Assembly (NCBI GenBank): GCA_963769255.1 | Contig: CAVYKV010000002.1 | Span: forward strand, 392,229 to 416,228 | From: an uncultured Actinomycetota bacterium | Lineage (GTDB): Bacteria > Actinomycetota > Acidimicrobiia > Acidimicrobiales > Bog-793 | Length of the DNA stretch: 24,000 nucleotides | Reading direction: 5' to 3' | In this document: one piece after another, positions 9,525-17,536 of the stretch | How the letters are laid out: every line of letters starts with the position of its first letter | How positions within the stretch are numbered: position 1 is the stretch's first letter | The notes under the pieces: generated by a model | Seen by the model: the letters and a program-made list of their open reading frames with translations, nothing else | Databases searched by the model: none | Told to the model about the DNA's origin: nothing | Program-made: the position numbers and the translations under genes

Positions 9525-11072
9525 TCATCCTGCGTTCTGTGGCCGGAGAGCGGCCTCGAGGACGGCGAGCGCAACGGGGCCGGCGACGGACGCCCCCGTC
9601 GGGTTGATGCTGCACGAGAGCGAGCTGAGAACCGGCACCATGGCTGCCACGACCACGGACGGCGTCTGCCCCGGGCCGGCCGGGGCGACGGCGACGAGCC
9701 AGTTGTAGGTGCCGCAGTCGTTCCCGCCCGGCTGCGCCGTCCCCGTCTTGGCGGCGGCCGTCGGGAAGCCGGCCGAGTAGTAGCCCTGGAAGAGCGTGAA
9801 GGCGGTGCCGTCGCTGCTCGTCGTGACGCCCGTCATGAGCTGGCGGACGGTGGCTGCGGTGGCGGCCGAGGTGGCCTGCACCCATGGGCGCGGCGTGTAG
9901 ACGAACTCGTCGTTGCCGGCGCTGCCAATGGCCTTCTCCACGAGGTGTGGCGCCATGATCGTCCCGTTGTCGGCCATGGCGGCCCCCACGAGGGCCATCT
10001 GGAGGACGGTGGCGTTGTCGTCGTACTGCCCGATGGCGGAATAGCCGAGGTAGGGGCTTGCGCTCGGGGCGTCGATGGCGCTGGCGGGGGGGAAGACGGA
10101 GGCGACGGCACCGGGGACGTCGATGGGCGGCACGCTCCCGAAGCCGAAGGCTCTCGCCTCGGCCGCCAAGCGCCCGCCGCCGAGCTCGACGCCGATCTGG
10201 CTGAAGGACGTATCGCAGGAGGCGGCCAGGGCGTTCGCCAGGTCGCCCCCGCAGGACTCGTAGGCGTAATTGTGGATCGTCTTCGGCGGGGTCCCGGTGT
10301 CGGGGAAGGCGTACTGGCTCTCGACCGGGAAGATCTGGTGGGCGATGACGGGGTTGTGGTCGTAGATGGCCGCCGTCGTGATCATCTTGAACGTCGAGCC
10401 CGGGGGGTGCAGGGCGGAGATGGCGTTGTCGTACAGCGGGTTCTCGTCGATGGGGAGGGAGTTGTAGTTCGTCGCCAGGGCGTTGACGGCCTTCGGGTCG
10501 TGGGCGGCGAAACGGTTCGGGTCGTAGGCGGGGTTGCTGTACATGGCGAGGATGTCGCCGTTGCGTGGATCGAGGGCGATGACGGCCCCGCCGCTGCCCG
10601 AGCCCGGCTGCGAGTCGAGCGCCTGCATGGCGACGGCCTGCAGCCGTTCCGAGACCGTGAGGACGACATCGTCGGTCTCGAGGTGCTGGGTGAGAAGGTC
10701 GTGCAGCGAGCCGATGGGCGTCTCGTGCTGGCTCAGGTACTGGTCGTAGGAGGCCTCGACCCCGAAGGGCGACGCCTGCACGGCGGTGGCGTAATAGCCG
10801 GTGACGTCCGAGAACATCTCCGCCGTCGCCGTCGGGTAGACGCGGAGATAGTGGTAGATGTCGTCGGTGGGTCGCGAGTAGGCGAGGACGTCGCCGTCGG
10901 CACTCAGGATCTCGCCCCGCGGCTCGAAGTACGGGCTCGGCTTGGCCACGGAATTGAGCGGGTTCCGGTCGAGGGCCCGGGCCTGGCGCACCTGGATGTT
11001 CGCCATCTGGAGGACGAGGAGGGCGAAGCACACGAGCAGGACGACGCCGATTCGCCGGACGCGTGTGTTCAC
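9525..11072 (-). CDS. pbpA: Class B penicillin-binding protein PbpA (transpeptidase)
   Basis: N-terminal TM anchor. Contains SxxK (STFK, aa 226-229) and KTG (KTGTA). The middle motif reads SCD where SxN is expected. The GTG start at 11072 overlaps the pstP stop (GTGA). Confidence 0.9.
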   Translation of the reverse strand: MNTRVRRIGVVLLVCFALLVLQMANIQVRQARALDRNPLNSVAKPSPYFEPRGEILSADGDVLAYSRPTDDIYHYLRVYPTATAEMFSDVTGYYATAVQASPFGVEASYDQYLSQHETPIGSLHDLLTQHLETDDVVLTVSERLQAVAMQALDSQPGSGSGGAVIALDPRNGDILAMYSNPAYDPNRFAAHDPKAVNALATNYNSLPIDENPLYDNAISALHPPGSTFKMITTAAIYDHNPVIAHQIFPVESQYAFPDTGTPPKTIHNYAYESCGGDLANALAASCDTSFSQIGVELGGGRLAAEARAFGFGSVPPIDVPGAVASVFPPASAIDAPSASPYLGYSAIGQYDDNATVLQMALVGAAMADNGTIMAPHLVEKAIGSAGNDEFVYTPRPWVQATSAATAATVRQLMTGVTTSSDGTAFTLFQGYYSAGFPTAAAKTGTAQPGGNDCGTYNWLVAVAPAGPGQTPSVVVAAMVPVLSSLSCSINPTGASVAGPVALAVLEAALRPQNAG

Positions 11073-12952
11073 GCCGCCGCCGTCGTCGAGGTCGTCGACG
11101 TCGAGGTCGTCGTGGTCGACGCGGTCGTCGTCGTGGTGGACGACGTCGTCGTGGTGGTGGAGGAAGTCGTCGTGGTCGTCTTCTTCGGCTTCGTCGTCGT
11201 GGTGACCGTCGGGGGCGGCACCGTCGTCGGGGGCAACGTGCTCGTCGTCGGCGGGAGCGTCGTCGCGGGAAGGGTCGTGGTCGTCTCGGCCTCGAAGGCG
11301 TTGTGCTTCTCGTTGCGAAGGCGGGCGACGACGGCCTCGGCGGCCTTCAGGGAGCTCTCCTGCAGGCCGCTGCGCAACGTGACGACGCTCGAGACGAGGA
11401 GCTGGTTGGTGCGGATGGCACTCGTCTCGACGAGCTGGGGTTTGAACCAGAGCATGCCGCCCGGTTCACCCTGGTAGATGGCCACGGCGTCGCCGTTCAA
11501 GCCGACGTAGTACTTCGACTGCTCGTACCAGATCACGACGGCGACGGTCCCCGCGAGGAGGCCGACGAGGAGGAGGACGAAGGTGGCCACCCTGATGGTG
11601 ACGACCCGGTCGCCGTGGCCCTTGTGGCGGCGCTTCGGTACGAGCACGACGGGCCGGGGGCGGCCACCGTCGAGCCCAGCCGCCGGTGACCACGACCCGG
11701 CTCCTACCCTGCTCCCCCTCGCCGAAACCCCAATCCCGATCGTCCCGTCGATCGACGGCGGCGGCCGTCGCTGGCGCATGGTCATGCTGCGGCCGCTCGG
11801 CTCCGCCTCGCCTCCCGCCTTCTCCCCGACGGCGGGGCGCCCTCCGCCCGTGGCGACCTCCCCCTCGCCCTCCAGCAGCCCGCCGGCAGTGCCCGGCGGT
11901 CCGCCGGGCGACCCTGCGGCGGGAGCACCCGGGAGGGCGCCGCCCGGCAGGCTCCCGATGTGGGACTCGCCTTCGAAGAGCTCGGTGGCGGGCGCGATCG
12001 CCGTCGGGGGTCCTGCCATGGGGTCATCCGGTACGGCGGTGAGCGGGATGGCCTCGGTGAGCTCCGGCGTCCCGGCCACGGGATCCTCCGGCACGGGCGC
12101 TCCCGGGGGGATGAGCTGCACGGACATCCCGGACGGGTCGCCCGCCCCGCTCACGATGTCCGCCACGACGACCGTGACGTTGTCCATGCCGCCGTGGCCG
12201 AGCGCCCGGCCGACGAGCTCGCCCACGGCCTCCTCCGGCGTCTCGGCCCGGGCGAGGATGTCGGCGATCTCCGGGTCCGGCAGCTCGTTCGTCAGGCCGT
12301 CGCTGCAGAGCAGGAACCTGCTGCCGGGCACGGCGTCGAGGTTCCAGACGTCGAAGGCGACCTCCGGTTCGACCCCGAGCGCCCTCGTGAGCACGTGCCG
12401 ATGGGGATGGACGGCCGCCTCCTCGTGTGTCAGCTCCCCGTGCCGCACCATCTCCTCGACGACGGAGTGGTCTTCGGTGAGCTGGCGGAACTGGCCGGTG
12501 GCGCCGTCGAGCACGTAGGCGCGCGAGTCGCCCACGTTGAGGAGGACGAGGTGGCTCTGTCCGTCCGCCTCAGCCGAGGTCTCCGTCGCCTCCCCGTCGC
12601 TCACCGTGACGCCTCCGTCGCCCTGAGGCGGTGCCGCCAGGCGGCCCTCTGCCACGAGCGCCACGACCGTGAGCGTCGTCCCCATGCCGTGCAGGGTGCG
12701 GTCCACGCGGCTCTGCCGCCAGACGGCCCGGTTGGCTCGCCTGGCGGCGGCGAGGAGGCCGTCGCCGGAACGGTCGCGCCGGAAGGCCTCGAGAAGCTCC
12801 TCGATGGCGGTGCGGGCGGCCACCTCGCCCCCGAGGTGCCCGCCCATGCCGTCGGCGACGGCGACGAGATCGGAGCTGACGAGGGCGAGATCCTGGTTGG
12901 TGGATCTCACGTAGCCCGGGTGGGTCTCCGCGGCGGCGCGGAGCATCGTCAT
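11069..12952 (-). CDS. pstP: PP2C-family Ser/Thr phosphatase PstP with Pro/Gly linker, TM helix, extracellular domain and Thr/Ser-rich tail
   Basis: The N-terminus reads HPGYVRSTNQDLALV...VADGMGGHLGGEVA...DGLTNEL...GGMDNVTVVV (PP2C). TM is FVLLLVGLLAGTVAVVIWY. The extracellular segment reads YYVGLNGDAVAIYQGEPGG.... The protein ends in a T/S/P-rich stretch of about 73 aa. Confidence 0.9.
   Translation of the reverse strand: MTMLRAAAETHPGYVRSTNQDLALVSSDLVAVADGMGGHLGGEVAARTAIEELLEAFRRDRSGDGLLAAARRANRAVWRQSRVDRTLHGMGTTLTVVALVAEGRLAAPPQGDGGVTVSDGEATETSAEADGQSHLVLLNVGDSRAYVLDGATGQFRQLTEDHSVVEEMVRHGELTHEEAAVHPHRHVLTRALGVEPEVAFDVWNLDAVPGSRFLLCSDGLTNELPDPEIADILARAETPEEAVGELVGRALGHGGMDNVTVVVADIVSGAGDPSGMSVQLIPPGAPVPEDPVAGTPELTEAIPLTAVPDDPMAGPPTAIAPATELFEGESHIGSLPGGALPGAPAAGSPGGPPGTAGGLLEGEGEVATGGGRPAVGEKAGGEAEPSGRSMTMRQRRPPPSIDGTIGIGVSARGSRVGAGSWSPAAGLDGGRPRPVVLVPKRRHKGHGDRVVTIRVATFVLLLVGLLAGTVAVVIWYEQSKYYVGLNGDAVAIYQGEPGGMLWFKPQLVETSAIRTNQLLVSSVVTLRSGLQESSLKAAEAVVARLRNEKHNAFEAETTTTLPATTLPPTTSTLPPTTVPPPTVTTTTKPKKTTTTTSSTTTTTSSTTTTTASTTTTSTSTTSTTAAA
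11072..11290 (-). repeat. Low-complexity coding repeat (Thr/Ser/Pro codons) forming the PstP C-terminal tail
   Basis: The plus strand is a cryptically repetitive run of gtcgtc/gtggtg/gacgtc units. On the coding strand it translates to ...TTTTLPATTLPPTTSTLPPTTVPPPTVTTTTKPKKTTTTTSSTTTTTSSTTTTTASTTTTSTSTTSTTAAA. Confidence 0.75.
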
Positions 12953-12980
12953 CCGCTGCCGGTCCCTGCCTTGACCGCCC

Positions 12981-13434
12981 TCACCGTGCCACCTCGAGGA
13001 TGGTGCTGCCGATCTTCACGTGGTCCCCGCGCTGCAAGCGCTCGGGTTCGCTCACCCGGGCGTCGTTCAGCCAGGTCCCGTTCGTCGAGCCGAGATCCTC
13101 CAGCCACAGCTCCCCGTTGCGCCGGTACACGCGGGCGTGCACGGACGACGTGAAGGTGTCGTCCTCGAGCGACACGGCGCAGCCTGGCGAGCGGCCCAGC
13201 GTCACCTCCTCACCGAGCTCGAAGACGCGACCCGCGACGTTGCGGTGGGTCGACGACCTTCAACTTGAGCTGCACGGAACGGTCCGTGCCGAGCGGGACC
13301 GGGATGGGGACGACGGCGCGCTCGGCCTTGGAACGGCGCATCTCGACGAAGACCATGCGGGCGGCGTAGAGGAAGAACAGCCAGAGCAGGCCCAGGAGGA
13401 AATAGCGGAGGAGGTGGAGCAGTGCATGCGGCAC
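12981..13434 (-). pseudogene. fhaB: FHA-domain protein FhaB/FipA, split by an apparent +1 frameshift (13213-13259)
   Basis: Track ORF 13210..13434 gives the TM N-terminus (LLRYFLLGLLWLFFLYAARMVF...LKLKVVDPPQRR). Track ORF 12981..13205, extended upstream in its own frame, gives GRVFELGEEVTLGRSPGCAVSLEDDTFTSSVHARVYRRNGELWLEDLGSTNGTWLN (FHA). Joined length is about 150 aa, similar to mycobacterial FhaB. Confidence 0.8.
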
Positions 13435-13449
13435 GGGACGCTCGGGGGG

Positions 13450-14103
13450 CTAGGCGGGCTCGAACTTGAGCGTCGTCGTGCCGATCGTGATCGTGTCGCC
13501 CGGCAGGAGGCGCTGCTGGTGGACGGGGACGCCGTTGACCTTCGTCCCGTTCGTGGAGCCGAGGTCGACGATCACGACGTCGAGGGCCTCCCGGCGGATC
13601 TGGGCGTGCCGGCGGGACACGTTCGGGTCGTCGAGCGAGATGGCGCACTCGGGGAGGCGGCCGATCGTGACGATCTCGTCAGCGATCCCGACGCGGCGGC
13701 CGTCCGGTAGGACGATCCAGTCGCTCGGCCCCGCCGCGCTCTCGACCCAGTCGCTCTCGATGGCGAAGGTGCTCGTCGACAGGTCGGGGTCCTCGTGGAC
13801 GACGATCTCGACGGGACCGAGGAACGAATAGCGCTCCTTGCCGGCGTGCTCCCTCACCGCCTCGATGAGCTCCCGGTTGAGGACGTCGCCGAAGTCCTCG
13901 AATCGCTCGTAGTCGCCGGTGGCCAGGTAGACGTCGAAGTGGTTCGGGGCGATGAGGCCCTTCACCCCGACGACTCGGCGGAGATCCATCTCCCGCGTCA
14001 ATCGGCGGCCAAGCTCCACGGGTTGGAGTTGACCATGAAAGGCCTTGGCAAACGCCCCTTCCACGAGACGCTCCAGGCGGCGCTCGAATTGCTCGAGTCC
14101 CAT
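13450..14103 (-). CDS. fhaA: FhaA: N-terminal DUF3662/FhaA domain plus C-terminal FHA domain
   Basis: MGLEQFERRLERLVEGAFAKAF...QPVELGRRLTREMD (FhaA N-domain). C-terminus reads TIGRLPECAISLDDPNVSRRHAQIRRE...VIVDLGSTNGTKVNG (FHA). It sits next to fhaB and tRNA-Leu as in other actinobacteria. Confidence 0.85.
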   Translation of the reverse strand: MGLEQFERRLERLVEGAFAKAFHGQLQPVELGRRLTREMDLRRVVGVKGLIAPNHFDVYLATGDYERFEDFGDVLNRELIEAVREHAGKERYSFLGPVEIVVHEDPDLSTSTFAIESDWVESAAGPSDWIVLPDGRRVGIADEIVTIGRLPECAISLDDPNVSRRHAQIRREALDVVIVDLGSTNGTKVNGVPVHQQRLLPGDTITIGTTTLKFEPA

Positions 14104-14210
14104 CCTGGGAACGAGGATACCGGCCCACGGAACTGCGACGGAAGCAGGCGGGCCGTTCCGGTCCTGGTAGAGCGGGGGTTGGCGGGGCGGCTATCGTCGT
14201 CTCGTCACCC

Positions 14211-14294
<84 letters not shown>

Positions 14295-14307
14295 CCCGAG
14301 ACGTCCC

Positions 14308-14907
14308 TCAGACGTCGAACAGCATGGCCAGGTCGTGACGCAGGCTCGCGGTCGTGAGCGCACCGATGTTCTCGCCGACGACCTTGCCCCCGGAGGTCAC
14401 GAAGACGGTGACGGGGAGGCCGGGAATCCCGTACCCGGTGGCGACGACGGCCGTCGGGTCGAAGAGCTGGCGGTAGGTGACCCCGTACTTGCGGATGAAG
14501 GAGAGGCCGGCCCCCTTCTGGTCCAGCGTGTCGACACCCACGAAATCCACCTTCCCGCCGAGCTGGCGGGCGACGCTCTCGATGGCCGGCGTCTCGCTCG
14601 TGCAGACGGTGCAGGTGCTCGACCAGAGGTTGAGGACGACGGGCCTGCCGAGCAGCGACGGCATGGTGGTCGTGCCGGCCCCGCCCGCCGCCGTGAGGCT
14701 GGCGAGGGAGAAGGCCACCGGCTTCGTGGACTTCGGCGTGAAGAAGCCCACGTCGTTCGCACTCCCGAGCATCGTCGAATGGGAGGAGTACCCGACCGCC
14801 TTCACGGCTGCGAAGACGGTCCCACCCGTCACGAGGACGGCGACGACGATGAGCAGGCGCAGTTGTCTCGGAAGGCGGCGCTTTCCGACGACGGCGACCT
14901 CCGACAT
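14308..14907 (-). CDS. TlpA/ResA-like thioredoxin-fold thiol-disulfide oxidoreductase (membrane-anchored)
   Basis: N-terminal TM (LLIVVAVLVTGGTVFAAV). Redoxin core reads PVVLNLWSSTCTVCTSETPAIE...GIPGLPVTVFV. CxxC is C-T-V-C at 14602-14613. Divergent from ccdA. Confidence 0.8.
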   Translation of the reverse strand: MSEVAVVGKRRLPRQLRLLIVVAVLVTGGTVFAAVKAVGYSSHSTMLGSANDVGFFTPKSTKPVAFSLASLTAAGGAGTTTMPSLLGRPVVLNLWSSTCTVCTSETPAIESVARQLGGKVDFVGVDTLDQKGAGLSFIRKYGVTYRQLFDPTAVVATGYGIPGLPVTVFVTSGGKVVGENIGALTTASLRHDLAMLFDV

Positions 14908-14979
14908 CGAGGCGCGAAACTACCGTCTTTGTAGCGCCTCGCCCCAGCAGGCAAGATAACGACGGGCAGAGAGGACGAC

Positions 14980-15712
14980 ATGGCCGCCAGCGACGCCATC
15001 GACATCGGTTACATCGCCGCCTTCGGCGGCGGCTTGGTGTCGTTCGCCTCGCCCTGCGTGCTCCCGATCCTGCCCGTCGTGCTCTCCGTCGTGACGGGGA
15101 CCGACATCACCTCGGTGGCCGAGACGCGGGGGCACCTCGGGAAGGTGGCGCGGGACACGGGTTTGTTCGTGGCCGGTTTCTCCGTCGTCTTCGTCCTCGT
15201 GGGGCTGTCGGCCACCCTCGTCGGCCAGACGATCACCCACGACAAGCAGGCGCTCACTCGCATCTCGGGCATCGTGCTGCTCGTCATGGCGGCGGCGCTG
15301 GGCGCCGGTCTCCTCCTCCGGGCGCCGGCGTTCGGGCGGGAGCACCGGTTCCACCCGGATCTCGTCGCGCTTCGGCCCCTTCGCCGCTCCGCTGGCGGGC
15401 GCCGCCTTCGGGTTCGGCTGGACTCCCTGCGCCACCCCCGTCCTCGCCTCGGTCCTCGCCGTGGCGGCCTCGGGTTCCGACGTCGCCCGGGCGACCGGGC
15501 TCCTCATCGCCTACTCGCTCGGGCTCGGCCTCCCCTGCCTCGCCGTCAGCCTCGCCTTCGGGCGGCTGGCGGGGGCGCTGGCGTTCGCGCGTCGCCATGT
15601 CGTCGGCATCACGGTGACGGCCACGGCGGCCATGGCGGGCTACGGCGTCCTCCTCGTCCTCGACCGGCTGAGCTGGATCACCACACACCTGCAGTCATTG
15701 ACTCCCCATTGA
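14980..15712 (+). pseudogene. ccdA: Cytochrome c biogenesis thiol transporter CcdA (DsbD family), interrupted by an apparent +1 frameshift near 15358-15364
   Basis: Frame 1 reads GYIAAFGGGLVSFASPCVLPILPVVLS...GREHRFHP and then degenerates into Arg/Pro-rich text. Frame 2 from about 15365 reads SRFGPFAAPLAGAAFGFGWTPCATPVLASVLAVAASGS...LLIAYSLGLGLPCL..., with stop at 15710-15712. The two halves together give both conserved Cys motifs. Confidence 0.8.
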
Positions 15713-15869
15713 GCGAGGCTGGGCGGGCCGTCGATCCCCGCCACGCCGACCCGTCGTGGCGCTTGCCCCGAGGGCGGGCACACCGGCTACTGTCTCGGCA
15801 GCACGCTGCCAGAGTCAGGGTGCCGACATCTCGAACGCCCATCCGCAGACACGACCGAAGGAGCCTTCC

Positions 15870-16559
15870 GTGACCACAGAGGTGACCTCGAACGCCTCGT
15901 CCCAACCGATCGACGTCGAGTCGGCGATCGCCGCCGCCATCGGTTCACGCCGGCTGCTGAGCCACCCCTTCTACCAGCGCTGGCTGGACGGGACGCTGAA
16001 GGCGAGCGAGCTCGCCACCTACGCCGCCCAGTACCGCTACTTCGAGGCGCAGCTCCCCGGCTTCCTCGCGAGCGTCCTCGAGACGCTCCCGGACGGATCG
16101 GCCCGTGACCTCGTGGCGGCGAACCTCTCCGACGAGCTGTCCTCCCCGGCCCCCCACCTGGAGCTCTTCGACGGCTTCGCCAGCGCCGTCGGCGCTGAGC
16201 CCACGGCGGCGACGCCGGCCACCGAGGCGCTCGTGTCCTGCTACAGCCACTTTGCCCACGCCCCGGCCCTCTCCGCCGTCGGCGCCCTTGCCGCCTACGA
16301 AGTGCAGGCGGCCGAGGTAGCCGTCAGCAAGGCCGCCGGGCTGCGTGAGCGCTACGGCCTCGAGGAGACGGCCACGACGTTCTGGGACGTGCACTCGACC
16401 ACCGACCTCGACCACGCCGCCTGGGTCGTCGAAGCCCTCTCCGAGCTGGCCGAGAGCCCCGATGACGTCGCCCTCATGGCTGCCGCCGTCTCCGAGACGG
16501 CGGAGGCGTGGTGGTCCTTCCTCGACGAGCGCGAGGCGCTGCGGCCGGTCGGCGTCTGA
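15870..16559 (+). CDS. PqqC/CADD/TenA-like heme-oxygenase-fold (putative di-iron) protein
   Basis: GAAGGAG precedes GTG 15870. Reads LLSHPFYQRWLDGTLKASELATYAAQYRYFEAQLPGFL...ANLSDEL...HLELFDGFASAVG, the helical pattern of PqqC/CADD-type proteins. No other pqq genes are nearby. Confidence 0.65.
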   Translation: MTTEVTSNASSQPIDVESAIAAAIGSRRLLSHPFYQRWLDGTLKASELATYAAQYRYFEAQLPGFLASVLETLPDGSARDLVAANLSDELSSPAPHLELFDGFASAVGAEPTAATPATEALVSCYSHFAHAPALSAVGALAAYEVQAAEVAVSKAAGLRERYGLEETATTFWDVHSTTDLDHAAWVVEALSELAESPDDVALMAAAVSETAEAWWSFLDEREALRPVGV

Positions 16560-16608
16560 ACCCTCCGTCCTCGAACAGCGGGGCTTCTCGTCTCGCTGCT
16601 TGCGGCTC

Positions 16609-17439
16609 CTACAGACCCAACACGATGCGCGTCAACCGGTCGGCCACGCTTGTCGGCGTGAGCTGAGTGGCGGCGGCGAAGAAGTAGGCGTCAGGTCCCA
16701 CGAGATAGCGGGCGCGGGGTGACTTGGCCGCCAGCACGCGGCCGATGACCTTGGCGCAGGTCTCCGGCCTCGCCATGACGGCTCCCGAGAGCCCGACGGA
16801 CTGCCGCGCCCTCCGGTGGGCCATGGCATAACGCGGATCCTCCTCCGAGGGCTCGGCGCCTTCGAGACGGTCCCAGATCGCCGTGTGCACACCGCCGGGC
16901 TCGATGAGCACGACATGGATCCCCTCTCCGGCCACCTCCATGCGGAGGGCGTCGGACCAACCCTCGAGGGCGTGCTTGGCCGCCTGGTACCAGCCGGACA
17001 ACGGCGTCGTAGCCCGGCCGTAGATGGAGGAGACGTTGACGATCGTGCCCCCGCCGGCCGCCCGCATCGACGGGAGGGCGAGGCGCGCGAGGCGAGCGGG
17101 GGCGATCACCATCGTCTCGAGGATGCGCCTGGCCTCCTCGTCGCCCACGTGCTCGATGGCGGCTTTCGTGCCGTAGCCGGCGTTGTTCACGAGTGCGGAG
17201 AGGGCGCCGTGCCGATCGACCGTCTCGGTGACAGCACGCTCGCAGGCACCGGCGTCGGTCACATCCATGAGCACCGTGCCGACGTGCACACCCGCGACGT
17301 CGGCCGCCGACACGATGTCCTCCGCCTTGGCGGCCGAGCGTGCCGAGCCGACGGCGCACCACCCCTGCTTCGCAAGCTCGATCACGGTGGCGAGCCCGAT
17401 GCCAGAGCTCGCTCCCGTCACGAGCGCCACCTTCGCCAT
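16609..17439 (-). CDS. Short-chain dehydrogenase/reductase (SDR)
   Basis: ATG 17439 gives MAKVALVTGASSGIG (Rossmann TGxxxGxG), NNAG, and the catalytic YQAAK. The longer track ORF (to 17658) adds an implausible Arg/Ser-rich leader. Confidence 0.85.
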   Translation of the reverse strand: MAKVALVTGASSGIGLATVIELAKQGWCAVGSARSAAKAEDIVSAADVAGVHVGTVLMDVTDAGACERAVTETVDRHGALSALVNNAGYGTKAAIEHVGDEEARRILETMVIAPARLARLALPSMRAAGGGTIVNVSSIYGRATTPLSGWYQAAKHALEGWSDALRMEVAGEGIHVVLIEPGGVHTAIWDRLEGAEPSEEDPRYAMAHRRARQSVGLSGAVMARPETCAKVIGRVLAAKSPRARYLVGPDAYFFAAATQLTPTSVADRLTRIVLGL

Positions 17440-17536
17440 ACCCGCAGGATACGCAGCCGGCAGCAGAGACGACGAAGGAGCCCCCCGTTGGACCCGGTCC
17501 CGCTGGGCACGCTCCCGGCGCTCGTAGCCTGTCGTC

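Noticed and set aside
11072-11290. Repetitive gtcgtc/gtggtg DNA considered as a satellite, CRISPR-like or non-coding tandem repeat
   Set aside because: It is in frame with pstP and encodes a Thr/Ser-rich tail. There is no repeat-spacer organisation and no unit of constant length.
7490-11477. Very long ORFs antisense to or out of frame with pknB/pbpA (7490..9607 +, 9474..11477 +, 9466..11031 -)
   Set aside because: These are shadow ORFs typical of high-GC DNA. Their translations are dominated by R, G, D, V and H runs with no recognisable domains, and the overlapping frames encode complete, well-conserved PknB and PbpA.
14295-14307. Duplicated AGACGTC/GACGTC hexamers after tRNA-Leu as a bidirectional terminator
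   Set aside because: There is only a 6-bp stem and no U-tract, which is too weak to call.
15713-15869. Possible structured 5' leader or riboswitch upstream of the PqqC-like gene (hairpins GGCGGG...CCCGCC at 15722-15742 and CTC-GGCAG-CACG-CTGCC-A-GAG at 15794-15814, the latter nested within the GGCAC/GTGCC pairing 15777-15824)
   Set aside because: I could not match it to any riboswitch consensus I know (TPP, ZTP, SAM, THF, preQ1). Short GC stems arise easily by chance in this composition.
14980-15873. 297-aa ORF extending ccdA to 15873
   Set aside because: After about 15360 the translation is Arg/Pro-rich junk. The true CcdA C-terminal half is in the +1 frame and ends at 15712.
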